From NCBI RefSeq assembly GCF_964355755.1, contig NC_092671.1, forward strand, positions 17,298,001 to 17,362,000: a stretch of 64,000 nucleotides of DNA, in the 5' to 3' direction. Under the pieces are notes generated by a model. The model made no database searches. It worked only from the letters and a program-made list of their open reading frames with translations, and was not told the origin of the DNA. The stretch comes from Antedon mediterranea. Lineage: Eukaryota > Animalia > Echinodermata. A program made the position numbers and the translations under genes. This document shows positions 12,017 to 25,355 of this stretch, one piece after another; position 1 is the first letter of the stretch, and each line of letters starts with the position of its first letter.

Positions 12017-13253
12017 CTGAGTAGAAAAAGAAAACAGTTAGGTCTTTCACATTTGACATAGGTTTTTCGTCAGAAAAACTATCCTCAAATATTTGTTAAT
12101 ATGAAGAGTTGATGTCCTTGTCATAAACTTCCATTTCAAAAGTTCTCGTTACAGACTTAATTAATATCTTTTTGATATCTAATGAAACGTGCCTATTGCT
12201 TTTTAGATCTTTACCCCCAATTACTAACTACTCAAATAAATATTCAAAATTAATTCTCACACTATAATCATATCATTTCAAAGATCCTTAACATTCAATC
12301 TCTCAGGCTTTTATTTTATTACTATCAAGGTTAATACTTTATTTTTAAACAATTTATATGGAGATATGCTCTACTTATCTTCTATTGTACCCAAAAGTCT
12401 CTCTTTGTTTAAATACCATAAAACCAGATTTACTTGAATCTTGAACAATATTTGTTTTTTTATTGTATTGTACAAACTAAAATATGTACCATAGGATGTA
12501 TCAAGATGCTGAAGTACAAAAAAACAAGCTATTTGTTTTTTTTATAAAAAGTGCAAAAACCTTTGAATAATCTTACGCATCATTAAATCTTTGAGCGATA
12601 ATTATTTTCAATTTCAAGTAGAAATATCACGATAGAAATACTGATTCATATTGAATTTTTTAAATAAAAATAATTAATAAAGCTAATAAACAAAGTTTAC
12701 ACAAGTATTATTTACTCTATCCTCAAACCAAAGTAAGGCACTACTAATGTAATATTTGCTTTGCTGGTAATACTAAAAAAATAAGTAGAATCCATTCAAG
12801 TTGATAACGAGTTGTCTATATTTATTATCTTTAAATAAGATATAAACTCATAGTCATATAGAAAAGGCCCCTGGTGATACTGGGTATCATAATATAGGTT
12901 ACAACATAGCAAGTAAATTGCATTGAATATATTACTATTTCTCTATATATCTACAGTCAAGTCATACATAATTTTCTTGGACGCCATCTATCTACCCTAT
13001 ATCATACGGATTCATTTTTGTTTTGTTGCAAATTTGTAAACAATGCACAAGTAGCAGAATGTAGCGTTAAGTATGACTATGACCTAGTTAATGCTTCCAA
13101 CTTTAGCTAAAAGTGTTGAGCAAACGCTACTAAGGGATTCAATCTGCAATTTTCATTGGTAAATTGACTATTATAACGCCCTTGTTGCAGGTAAGCTTTA
13201 TCTTCCCGTTTACGCTAATTTACGCATTTCAATTCTCTCTAGTCCATACTTAC

Positions 13254-13332
13254 CAAGCATGTTAAGCAGGCTCTGAGGCAGGTAATAATCAGGCCGTCTC
13301 TCGAGAGCGGCTGAGAACACATCAATTGCAGC
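13254..13332 (-). CDS. TMTC2: TMTC2 exon (TPR)
   Basis: aattag| acceptor; AAIDVFSAALERRPDYYLPQSLLNMLG; donor G|gtaagt. Confidence 0.9.
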
Positions 13333-14041
13333 CTAATTAAGCAAATGAAAAGTAAATAAAGGTGAATCAGTTAGAAATGGATATGATAACAATATATAAT
13401 TATATAGGTATTTATATTAAGCGCCTAATTAACTATAATGACAATTGAACAATGCTTAACTGTTTTTCAACTGTTAAAGTATTATTTATTTATACCATGT
13501 GTACTATTTTCTCCATGTTTATATATTCAACAATAATTCAAGGGTATTTAAAGCTATTTTCACAACAATTTATATATAGTACAATACTTATCAAATGCTT
13601 GGTTCATTGGCAAATATAAGTACAATCTTTAAAATAACAACGTGAAAATGAACTACTTCTTCTACTGAAGGCACAAAGTTCAATAATTCAAATATAATCC
13701 CATGCTCGAGTATATTCCCACCCCAAAATTTAGGCTAAGTTCGGATGCAAGACTTTTTTTGTTTTGATTGTTAATGCAATTCTAGTATAACCCCACCCCC
13801 GATTTAGACTAAGTTCTGGCATAAGATTTTGGTAAATCCATCTTAGTACATAATCCAACTCCTTAATTTGAACCAACTTTTATACCCAGGCTCCCTGGGA
13901 CTGTTATCACTCGATAATTCTTTTTTGGGGATGGGCTACCGCTACTATAGTGTAGTATAGACATTTTATTACACATACAAATAGAGATTTATTTGAGAAA
14001 TATTACCTATATAACACCTATACTATTACTGATAAGAATAA

Positions 14042-14181
14042 GGCTATGTCTACACTATCAAACTAGTTTGACAAAAAACATGTGATGTGCCCAAATATGG
14101 TAGTAATATGACATCATCATGTCCATACATGGACACACCACATTTTGTTGTCACATAAAATTTGATAGTGTAGACAATGCT
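14042..14181. mobile_element. MITE family A
   Basis: Both TIRs present; TAA flanks. Confidence 0.85.
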
Positions 14182-14580
14182 TAAGAAGGCAAGGAAACAT
14201 AAACTATTTAACTGAGAATGAAAATATATATGAATAAATACATTCTAAAACCAAAAACGTTTCTAGGATTATACAAGATAATCTAGCAAAGCTCTACACC
14301 ACTGAACTCCAATGATAAATGTGCTTTTGAGCAAAAAGGAATCAAAAGATATAAACTAAATAGCATCCATGACTAGCCAAGGGTGTCTAGAATATTGTAA
14401 TGATACCCAGGCGGTTTGTAGCGACAACAAGCCTTTACTCGATGCTATAATGCTCCAACTGCTTCGCTAAATATTGTAATTAGTGCACATAGATGCGTGA
14501 AAGAATTACTGGTACATGCACCAACGATCGTGTAAGTTCAAGGAATTATTCGTAGATGTTATAATACACCCCTAATTTTA

Positions 14581-14762
14581 ATAAATAATAATAATAATAA
14601 TAGTTCATTCTTATATAGCGCTCTACAAGCAAGCTTCTCTAAGCGCTGAACATTATTACCCCAGTCATTTTATGGATCAAACACGTATGGAAACATACTC
14701 CCATAATGCAGCTAGTAATCAGCGCAAAGTTGTGTCTTGATCTAACCGGGTACCCATTTATA
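14581..14762 (-). mobile_element. SINE 3' half (same family as 54563-55193)
   Basis: Reverse complement of tataaatgggtaccc...ttatgggagtatgtttccatacgtgtttgatcc...gcgctatataa with a (TTA)n tail. Confidence 0.8.
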
Positions 14763-15169
14763 AATAATCCTATACCGAGACCACACTCGGAAAACAAATT
14801 GCCTGATAATAGAGACATTTTGTCCATAGTTTGATTTTGTAAAGTTTTTCACTAAATATATTTATAGCTAAATAATGATGAAGGGTTTCCCAAAAGTTCT
14901 GCTAATTTTCTAGCTGTTTTTTATTTAATTTAATCATTTTGATTTAGCTCCTTGCTTATGTTATTTTGTATTTCCATTAAGATCCAGACACTGATACCAA
15001 AGTATACCATTTTCATTTTGTCATTAATTTGCCCTTAGATTTATAGTTAAATAATTAGTACCTAATCCTATTATTATTATTATTATTATATGGCTGTAAT
15101 TGAACTTTATAATCATTCAGCTAATTTGGAATTAAATTACACTCTACCCCACTAATTCATATTCATTTA

Positions 15170-15855
15170 TTGACTCTACCAACATTTGTTCAATCAATTA
15201 TAAATTCAATGCCATTATCATGTCAAATTCAAATGATTGAGCAAATCCAGAGACGGGGCACCCGGTTGATTTTACATCAACGTCGTCAGGAACAGTCATA
15301 TGAGGGGAGACTAGACACTATCCCATCCACAATCGCTATTAGAGATTGTTATACTGTTCTATTTGTTTGCAATGTTTTACTTTATCATCAAAGATCTATT
15401 ATTTATAATTTACTCATAGTTAATAATCGTCATGATACTCTCACTTTCAAGCATCTTCGCTCCAGTAATGATGTGTCAAAATTTTGCATCCCGACCAGAT
15501 TCACTAGAACTTGGAATTCCATACCCAATGAGATTCGCGATATTTTTGTTAATGGTTCTTTTATTAATTTCAAATTATCTCTAAAGCTATATTTTAAATG
15601 TCGGAGAGAAACTTTTTAAATTTTTAAATGAAATGATATGTCTACTATATTAGTATATATTCTTGTTATTTGTTATTTATGTGTTGGAGAGACACACCTT
15701 ACCGGTGACAGCGTTTTGTTTAATGCTTTTGTCTTTCCTCGGCCTCGTGTCTTGTTTTTCATACATATATATATATATTTCTATGTTTTTTTTTTGTAAT
15801 TATTATTTTATGTTTATTGCCGAAATGAATAAAATAAAATAAAATAAAATAAAAA
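15170..15855 (+). mobile_element. 5'-truncated LINE (CR1/L2 group): ORF2 C-terminus, 3'UTR and (AAAAT)n tail
   Basis: IEQIQRRGTRLIL...SYEGRL...RFTRTWNSIPNEI...FKLSLK are motifs typical of the post-RT region of CR1/L2-group LINEs; microsatellite tail at about 15828-15855. Confidence 0.75.
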
Positions 15856-16877
15856 TTCCAGTGTTAGTAATGTTTGATAACAAACTTTTAGATAACACTT
15901 TAGTTTGATAAAACAATTTTGGATAAACACCCTTCACACTCCTCAGAAAGAATATGCAGCATTTTCTCATTAAATAGATTAAGTTACTACATACAATCTT
16001 TTACACAAATCATAATGCTCAAGATACAAGCAAAAATATATATATATATACTTTTTATATAATCTCAAAATGAAATGACCTTCAGTAATAAACTTTTGAC
16101 CATTAAATCATACATTATTTATTCACATATATATTTCTTATGATGAGCAAATTAAGTTTGAAATATAATGGAACTTTAGTCAGAAACATTAAATCAGCTT
16201 CTATGTTTTTTATAGCTACAACCTGCTTACATTAGTGTCTTTTGAGTAGTCTTACGAGATCTATAGTTACACATATGTGTGATAACTCTTGAATATATAT
16301 CACACGTTTGTACGATGAGGATGCAAGTGACAATACTCTCTACACTGTTGCAATCCACTCTATTTACCAATATATATTATTTGTTTCAGACATCAGCTAT
16401 AAAATTTGTTGATAATGTGATAACATTCATACAGGACAGAAAAATAGTGAATCATTACGCATGAGACTATCCGGAATAAAAATTATTTCTTGCTAGAATT
16501 GATTCTGATTTGTAAATTTTGGTCTTTTGCAGAACTTAATGATGAAAAATGGAATTTGTCAATATCCAGAATCAGTCCATGTATACAAATCAATAAAAAT
16601 ACATGAATGGTCAGAAAAGTTTTTCCCTATAACATGAATTATTCTTAAGGAGTTTACTTCAGCTTGCTTTTATAGCCATGAATACAATTTGGAACTAAAG
16701 CTTCCAAAAAAAAGGTTAGAAAAAACATTATATGGTAAAACCCCTCTCCTTTAAGACATCAATATTCAGGAAACACACTATTAAAGGAGACACCATATTA
16801 AGGGGACACGTTCTTATGAAATGAACGAAGGGCAATACAAGTTTTAATACTACAGCCAACCCTTATTCATGTACTAT

Positions 16878-17100
16878 GGAGATGTAGCTTGGTGGTTAAC
16901 ATGCTTGCCTTCCAATCCCAAGATCCAGGGTTTAATCCTGACCTAGTGCCAGGGTTGTAACTAACAACTCTTTCAATTCCACTCTCTAAGCCTCAATTCA
17001 GACGTAGTTTATAAGCACGATAAATTATAAAATAGGTTATCCATCCTGTAATTGGCAAGGTTGTGCTCGGAACACTTTGTTGGGTCCCGAAATTATCCAT
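16878..17100 (+). mobile_element. Degenerate tRNA-derived SINE; related copy at about 49160-49280
   Basis: A-box tagcttggtgg and B-box-like ggtttaatcc; the same head recurs at 49160. Confidence 0.6.
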
Positions 17101-17158
17101 TTAATTAGGTTCTACTGCAATACAGATATGTAAATAAATATATATTGAAATTTCTTAC

Positions 17159-17343
17159 GTCATATTTTGCCTGGTCATGTAACAATTTTCCCAAGTTAAA
17201 CATCGCTGACATGACAGCGTTCATATGGCTTCTTGGATCCTTTAGCCCTTTGCTGTCTATTGCAATAGCACGACGATATTCCTCTTCAGCATCATCAAAC
17301 TTCTCAAGTGTTGCAAACACCATTCCCAGATTCAAATATGCAC
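17159..17343 (-). CDS. TMTC2: TMTC2 exon (TPR)
   Basis: catag| acceptor; SAYLNLGMVFATLEKFDDAEEEYRRAIAIDSKGLKDPRSH...FNLGKLLHDQAKYD ('LKDP..H' motif typical of TMTC2); donor gtaag. Confidence 0.93.
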
Positions 17344-17475
17344 CTATGTATGGAATTATTCATAGTTAGCTCCAGTTTTTCCAACATTTTCCTTGGTTGT
17401 TTAAAAAAGGAAATGCATACAATAGTAAATAAAGCACCAAGATATCTGCCTTAGGTTGAACCAAATGTAGTTTAG

Positions 17476-17630
17476 AGCTCCGTCTACACTATCCAACTAG
17501 TTTGACAAAAAAAGTGTGATGTCCAAATATGTAGTGATATGCCCAAATATGGTAGTAATATGACATCATCTCCATATATGGGCACATCACATTTCATTGT
17601 CACACAAAGTTTGATAGTGTAGACAGAGCT
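17476..17630. mobile_element. MITE family A
   Basis: Both TIRs present. Confidence 0.85.
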
Positions 17631-17696
17631 TAAAACCTAAATTCCGGTCATTTTGATACATGTGTATGGATGTGTGCAGTAGGAAAAATTGTATAA

Positions 17697-17824
17697 AGCT
17701 CTGTCTACACTATCAAACTAGTTTGACAAAAAAAAGTATGATATGCCCAAATATGGTAGTGATATGACATCATCATGTCCATATATGGGCATGTCACAAT
17801 TTTTTTATTACATACAGTTTGATA
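17697..17824. mobile_element. MITE family A, right end truncated
   Basis: Left TIR after TAA and the internal core. Confidence 0.8.
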
Positions 17825-18805
17825 TACTTCTCTATTATGGTTTTACCACCTTGTGTTTCAAAGACTGGGGAATATGTTCAAAGGCCATGATTTTTGGGAA
17901 ACAAACATATGCCATAGAACGCCATGCTAATTAATTAATGTGCATTTACTACATTTCACCTACAAGTATTAAAATATGGCCATTTCCCCATATTTTATTT
18001 CAATTGTACAGTTTATCCACAGAGTATAGCTAAAGGCAAAAACTTAAAATATGCTACACACTCATGTTTGAATAAACCTTGTAAATTTAAAATCAGAATA
18101 CATAGATAAAATGTTTTAAAATTCATTGACATGAATTTTTAGATATATCTGTAGAGAATTGTACATTTTTGATATTATGTAAACTTTATGAGACAGTATT
18201 TTATCCATCAATAACTTTGTTATATTTTCAACTCAATGATTTAGCTGCCCTTACATGTCTATACACAGGCTTAGGTACAGAATAATCACAAGGTAACTGT
18301 TAAATAAATTATAAACTCAGGACTGGTAGCCAAGTGAAGACAGAAAGACCCATGTTCAAATCTCAAAAACAACTTCCAATACACTGAGCTGTAAATAGAG
18401 TTGAAACATACTAAGGAGGAAAGAAACTAGTCACCCTCCATATAATGCTGAGAAACATGCTAACAGCTCATTCCACTAGGTTCCGAATGGTAAAAAGGTA
18501 AACAAATTAACCAAAATCTCATTTTAATAAATAACTTTTCCAACATGAGAGAAATACAACAAAGCACCATATTTAATACACTTGGTTTTTTCTTATTTGA
18601 GTAGTCGCGCTATCTAGGCTTACAGATGAGTTACAAATGAATTTAAGCTTAACTAAATACAGTGCTTATTTGATCATATAGAATACACTTAGAACTGGAA
18701 GTTTATTCAATTGTAACATAAACATCCAAATGAGATAAATATTGAGGCAGATTTTCCAAAAAGGGGCACTTCCATAGATATACTAGATCATTAACTGTAA
18801 AGACA

Positions 18806-19158
18806 CAAAGTGATTCCAAGGGAGAGGGACCACTCAAGATGGCCGCTGTAGTTCAATTATTATTTACAGTCATATATAAATAAAACACATAAATCAGAAC
18901 ACATGTTTTTTTTAACGCACAGTGAACCTTTCATAGAAATACAGTAATGATATTGTTAATTGTAATGAAAGAAATATAATTTCTTGGTAAACTACCTGGC
19001 GTTTTTGCATACGAGAATTATTCTCGCATTTATACACTCTACATACTTGTAACACAGGCATAGTGTGTGACTGTGTAGGGGAAAATAACTAGCGATATGA
19101 AATGGTAGAATCCAGCCGCCATTTTGTCTGGTCCTCTTCTCCATGAAGAATCACTTTT
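18806..19158. mobile_element. Degenerate TIR element
   Basis: aaagtgattcc...gagagggacca...aagatggccgctg versus cagccgccattttgtctggtcctcttctcc...gaatcacttt. Confidence 0.55.
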
Positions 19159-19406
19159 TAAAACTGCAATAACATTGGAGACTGCCCTCTAGCCAATCAT
19201 TATATGAACTCTTTGGGCATTACATAAATACCTACAGTAGGCACATACTTGAGAACCATATGAAAATAAAGTGCATTTAAACATGAAGGAATTTCTCCGT
19301 GATTCAAATGAGAAGCATGGGGCTCTAGGATGCATATTTTAGAAAAGCACATTCAAAGGAAATTTTTTTTCAAAAAATATTTCTTGTTTATTCAATGTAT
19401 ACTCAC

Positions 19407-19492
19407 TTGCAAGTCTTGGACGACATCTTATGGCCATGCGATAACTATGTATTGCTTCTTGATATCTCTCACTTTCTTGTAACAATATTCCT
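19407..19492 (-). CDS. TMTC2: TMTC2 exon (TPR)
   Basis: aatag| acceptor; GILLQESERYQEAIHSYRMAIRCRPRLA; donor A|gtgagt; phases fit both neighbours. Confidence 0.92.
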
Positions 19493-21132
19493 CTATTCCA
19501 AAAAAAAATTTATATAAATCATTAAAAATTAACTTTTTATCGGCAGTAGAGTTTATAAATATTTTGTTTATTTTTCAATTTCTGAATACTTTCCTCAAAA
19601 TATAATAATATTTTGCCAAATATAAAAATGTCATCCAAAACTAAACAAAAATAAGATACACTTGACTAAAAAATGGAAGAGTGGAAGTTGAAAGCATTCC
19701 AACCTGAACGCTACTATGCAGATATCATTTACATGTTTAATATCAGAAAGATCACTGTACTATTACATCTATGTAATTGTAATAATTACCATTCCAATAC
19801 AACATCACTTAGTATTATTATTGTTAATGATTACTTTGATGACAACATAACTGCAAGTACAGAATATCAGCCTGAAGAAACGTGTTGGGTGAACCAAACG
19901 CTTGACCAATCAAGTCTCACCAATCTATCTCACAAATTCATATTTCCCAGCCCACAAAACATAATTATTATGTTTCTTACAATACAAAAAAAATCAATAA
20001 TGTTTAATAAAGTTTGCTTAGGCCATTAATTACGATAACAGTAATGTGTAGTGAGAAAAGGTTTTGCACTAATAATTGTGCGAAAATTAATGAATACAAA
20101 ACAGGGTAAGCTTGTAGCTGCGGGGTAATTTAAAAAGTGCTAATTTGGTACACATGTAATTTGATTTTGCAATTAATTTGAATCTAATTAACATGTTTAA
20201 AACATTACTGCATGAAATAGGACATTTCTATGAATATGGAATGAAAATTCCTAGTGAAGATTAGTTTTTTTTTTACCCCATTAACAATCAATGTTTAATT
20301 ATGTATTTACGGCTCGTTAACGTTACAAAATTTGGTCCATCGATTCTAATGGCAAAGTACTTTTTCTAAATCTCTTTTTTTTTCTTAATCAAATTGTTAA
20401 ACATTGATATAGAACTTTGCAATTTGCATTTCAACAATATATAAAAATCCCAGGAGAAAAATAGGTACCTTTATTGAAGTGGGGGTAAAATAAGCCCTAG
20501 AGATCTAGTTTATATGTATTTTTATAATTATGTGTTAGAGGTTGGAAATTGAAATTGTACTTTAGGGAGTATTAATAATTTCAAATTGCCATACAAGTAA
20601 TAAGGCAACATAAACATATTGCCTGTAACATAAGTTGATGATGAAAATGCAATAGCAAACAGACTTCCTGTATAAAGTTCCAGATTTTCTTAATAATTTT
20701 CTTCCTTGAAAATATAATATATAATAGACTATGTTCCTAAGTCTTTGTACGCAACTGCCTCCTAAACCAATGGGGTCGATGCTTACTTCGTTTGTGCTGG
20801 CCACTTTCTAATTTGACTATGTTATGTTTCTTTGAAATGTGCATTCAGAAATTATTGGCCATATTAATACGTCAAACAATCCATCTGCAATTTATTTATT
20901 AAATCAGTGTTGTTTTCAAATTTGGCATGGTTACAGGAGTTATCACAACACTGATTTAGGTTTTTAATAATGCTATTCTCTATATGGCACAATGCAGTAC
21001 AATGAATATCCATCAGGACAAAACTCATTTTCAGAGATCACATATATCGTACAAAAAAATAAAATAAGTGATTTGAACCTATTACTATTCTGAACTTATT
21101 AAATTAATAATTATTATTAATAATTAACTCAC

Positions 21133-21247
21133 AAGTTATAGTGTACATCTGCCATGTTACTTCTAAATGAGAGGGCACTTCTGTATGCATTTTCTGCTTC
21201 TTTTAACCTTCCCTTACTTTTTAAAATGTTGGCTAGATTTCCATATG
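21133..21247 (-). CDS. TMTC2: TMTC2 exon (TPR)
   Basis: ttttag| acceptor; AYGNLANILKSKGRLKEAENAYRSALSFRSNMADVHYNL; donor TT|gtgagt. Not in the ORF track; read manually. Confidence 0.93.
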
Positions 21248-21611
21248 CTAAAAATAAAAAAACATATAGCAATCAAAAATTTCTATGATATTGACCATCT
21301 GATAAAAAATGTCAAGAAACAACTGAAAAAAGTATTTTACTTTAAAATGTCAACAACCTTGATTTTATATAAATTAATATTAGATTGGATTTTATAATAA
21401 ATTGCCTCCTTCACTATATTTGGCGTCTCTTTTATGCGATTATTACAATAATTGCAATAGACATATGGTTTTCATTACACAATATGGCTGGAGCTATATA
21501 ATGTATTAAAATAAACTTTATAATGCAACAAACCAGCTTGCATAATAATATATTCTTTTAATTAGTCTTTCAAAATATACAGATATATGTTGAGCAAAAT
21601 GATTATTTTAC

Positions 21612-22518
21612 CTTTTGCTGGATTAATATCAATTCCTGATCTATAGAGGGCCTCCTCATTATGCCAATCCCGGTTTCGTATTATTGTTCGAAAGCCAAAT
21701 AGTACCAAAATAAAGATGGATGCTAAAACAATCAACTTTTTTCCTGTTTCTTGGTTTCGTTTCCAGAGTTGATAAGAACCTTCGGCGACCAATAGACAAA
21801 GTCCCATGCTTGGAATGTACAAAATTCGTTCGGCAACGACAAATCCAACGTAGAAAAATAAATTTGTTGCAGGAAGAAACGGAAAGACTAGTAGTGATAA
21901 ACCGATTAGCATCACGTTTAACGATCTACGCTCTTCGTTTTTTATATAAATTTTTTCTGATGAAAATATATCTAAGAATGATAAAGCACCAATTTCTTGA
22001 TTTAACCGATAAGGCGAACATCGTTTGCGCAAAGCAATTTCTCCTTTATAATGCCCATTACCCTTTGAATCATAATGATGATTATTTTTATGACCGTTAG
22101 AAAGTTTTAAATGTACTTTATTAAAAGATTCAGATTGCTTGTGAATAGAAATTGGAGATGACGGTTGTTGCAACGCATCAAGTCCATGTACACAATATAT
22201 TACAGTGTAAACAAGTATTATATACATAGAAACCGTAGCCATATTGCGTATGTCTAGAAGCGACGTAATCAAAGGTACAGCTTCCATCGACCAATCAAAG
22301 CTCAGTTTGTACGGGCATAGCATGAGCCATATATTAAACGCAGGAAGATAGTGGAAAGTCAATGATCTTGTTAGAGAACTATTTGAATCAGAGGCAGGAT
22401 TGTCGGACGGAGAGAACTCTGGTGTTGTGTTTCCCATCAGATATAAACGAAGACTGATGAGAATAATGCCGCATGTGATCTGTGACATCATACCTTGTTG
22501 AAGATGTTTAGAACCATT
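21612..22518 (-). CDS. TMTC2: TMTC2 exon (DUF1736 region and TM helices)
   Basis: ttctag| acceptor, phase 0; FSPSDNPAS...LSFDWSMEAVP...PFLPATNLFFYVGFVVAERILYIPSMG...RNRDWHNEEALYRSGIDINPAK; donor G|gtaaaa. Confidence 0.95.
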
Positions 22519-22673
22519 CTAGAAAAATTACAAAAATAAACAATTAATGATTATTTTGACAAATTATTTTTTGATAAAATTTACTTTATTAATTTATTCA
22601 CTTTGGATTTGTGAATCAAAATTGTTACACAACCTAAAATTGTCAAAAGTTCTAGATAAAATAATAAATAATA

Positions 22674-24146
22674 ACTAGATTTAATTCGTCACTATGACGA
22701 ATTATAGGTTATATGCATTGATTATTAAAATAAAGATAATTTATTTTTAAAAGATATTTTGATTCATTGATTTTCTCAGATTCTTTAAATAATATATAAT
22801 ATATGATAGGACCTTGCTAACGCGAATACAATAGCCGGTATCACAATCCGATCAAAGATCCCTCTGCGTATAATGTCATAAACCACATTTGCTGTTACAT
22901 AATAATAAAGACATAAGTTATTTTTTATCTAGATTTCATTATAAATCATGTGTATAATATATACACTAAGAAATAAATTTGAACAAACAATACGGATAAT
23001 AAAAAAAAAAATTTATTTCGTTTCCCAAGGTGAGACTCGATCTCGGTACCTTGAGTGCCATAGACACGAGCACACACCACCGAGCCATACACAACTGACT
23101 AAAAATTGTAGAAAAATTCCTCCGTGTATTTACTATGCAGTAACCACTTTGGTGCAGATAGATTATTACATACCGCAATGAATTATAATTTTTTACTATG
23201 ATGACATCTCTAAAAATGTACAAAAATGATGCACTGTCAAACTATATACTTTTAACTTTAATATATGAACTTTTGAAGGAAGAAAGTTAATGTTAAGTTT
23301 GTTATTTTGGCCTAAGAAAATGTCATAATTTGTTTGATTGTCGAAATGAATTTTTTTAAATTTAATATGCAATTAATTATGGCTTAATCAACTTTTGTTC
23401 CCTTAGTTTAATAATAAATCATACATAAGATACATACACTTCAAGAAAATTAAATAAAAAATATGTGTTCCCGAGCATTCTGACGATCTATATTAATTTT
23501 AAAATTTAGCATATTTTCACCATTTTGTTAACTTACACGTGCGTAGCCTGTCACTTTTGACGTGCTCGTATAAGGCAATTACGCGTTGAAAAGTGAATAA
23601 AATATGATGATATTATTAAAGAAAGGTTGTACAACCGAAATCGGACAAAAAGAGTGCGCATTAACGTATAACGCGCAGTGCGCATGCAAAAATCTGCGCA
23701 CTCATGGCAATTTTTTAAACGCTTAAAATTGCCTGAAACGTACTCTAATTTCATCGAAAATAAATTTTGACAATTTTGAACATTTTAAGCGCGCGTACGC
23801 AAGCGTTATATGCGCTACGCACGTAATTGTATTGCCATATGATGAAATATGACCTGAAATTTATGAGTACCAAATTTTGTTTAATTGTGATTCATGCTTG
23901 TGAAGATATGATTACAAACGTGATTTCGTAAAATCGCGCGTAGACCGCGTAATTTTTGATTACGCATCGTGAAAATATAACCACATCGATTCCTGGCCAT
24001 AAGGAATATACTCTGAAAAATTGACTTAGATAGATGAAACTGATATCAAGATAATTCACGGACAAAATAGTGCTAAGGAAAGAATAAATAAATAAAGATT
24101 TTGACAGAATCAAGAGGTTATATGCATGATAATGCATATAACCTAA
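22674..24146 (-). mobile_element. Non-autonomous Helentron/HINE-like element, family 2
   Basis: On +: ACTAG terminus, hairpin aattcgtca-cta-tgacgaatt and subTIR taggttatatgcat; far end has an (AAAT)n tract and palindrome aggttatatgcat-gata-atgcatataacct. No TSD; interior resembles the 26.4-32.8 kb units. Confidence 0.8.
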
Positions 24147-24837
24147 TAATAATATAAAAACAAGAAAATGTAAATATAAAAATAAAACAATAAATAGTAC
24201 ATGGCATTTTTATTACACTGCACGCATTATATAGTATACTATTCCTAGTGAACTATAGTAAATGAAATAAGCAGGAAGGCTATAATGAAATGAATAGTCA
24301 TCAAGAATAAATAGCATCCCAAAGGACTTGTAATAATACCCTTTTTTATTGAATAACTTTTCAGATCATTTCAAAAGCCATAAAAATGATAAATCTCTCT
24401 CCATAGAACGTTGTAGAGAATTAAGTAAATGCATAGATAAAGATTCATTGTGAAAATTTATCAGTTAAATCAATTTATCTCTCGCGAGTTTTATTGTTTA
24501 GTTAATTCATTGATGTTTGGAAAATTACAAATAATTCATTGTTTTTGTCACTGAGGGTAAAACAGCATGGTTTTGACAACCTGGTTTAGTTCATGTGAGT
24601 GAAAATATGTACAGTATACATTAATAATGAATTTATAAAAAGATATCCAAAATTGATGTCATAGATTTTTACATCATTTATAAACGTTATAACTGCAAAT
24701 ACTTCATTTTTCTTGTCAAGTAGACTCAATAGCCTTTTTAGTGATCATAAAAATGAATTCCAATTTGTGTAGACCCAACAATGATTTATTATAATAAACA
24801 AATAACAAGACAAAGCTAATTATATGTTCATTCTTAA

Positions 24838-25016
24838 AGCTTGGTTCCCACTAGAACGTAACGCAAGGACGTAAACGCAACGCAAGCGTTTTAACCAATG
24901 ACAAGCGAAGTTATAGACAGTTAGCAATCACAAGCGAATAAGCCATCGCTTGTGATTGGTCAATTCACTTGCGTTGCGTTACGTCCTTGTGTTGCGTCGC
25001 TAGTGGGAACCACGCT
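24838..25016. mobile_element. MITE family B (PIF/Harbinger-like, palindromic)
   Basis: TIR agcttggttcccactag / ctagtgggaaccacgct; TAA TSD. Confidence 0.85.
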
Positions 25017-25242
25017 TAAATATTAGATGGTAAACAGAGAACACAAACAACATAATAACAAGTATGAAATTGAAGTTTGAAATTAACACAGGGGAGGTCC
25101 AGGCAGAGCACTAGATGTTATGTGTGTGCTGACCCCTTTTGACAGTATGTTTAAGTGTTCGCTCGATTAAAAAACTGTTGAAATCCCTGTGATAGTATTA
25201 TTCATATTCATTTATAGAACAGTAACTCAGACAAGCATACAG

Positions 25243-25355
25243 TTTTTAGTCGTGTGGATGCGACTCTATAGTTCACTATGTCGGTCGGTCGGTCTGTCTG
25301 TCGGTCCGGTATCACTATGCGTTTTAGCACGCGACTTATGGCTGTTGGCCTTGTT
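25243..25355 (+). mobile_element. Minimal DINE-1/HINE-like Helentron element
   Basis: tttttagtcgtgtg subTIR, partial IR gcgact, (GTCG/GTCT)n microsatellite, cacgcgact subTIR, ggctg-t-tggcc hairpin, ttgtt end. Confidence 0.75.

Noticed and set aside
19673-20029. 118-aa intronic ORF
   Set aside because: No recognisable domain, and the composition is typical of AT-rich intron.
21720-22100. 126-aa + strand ORF
   Set aside because: Antisense shadow of the TMTC2 exon.
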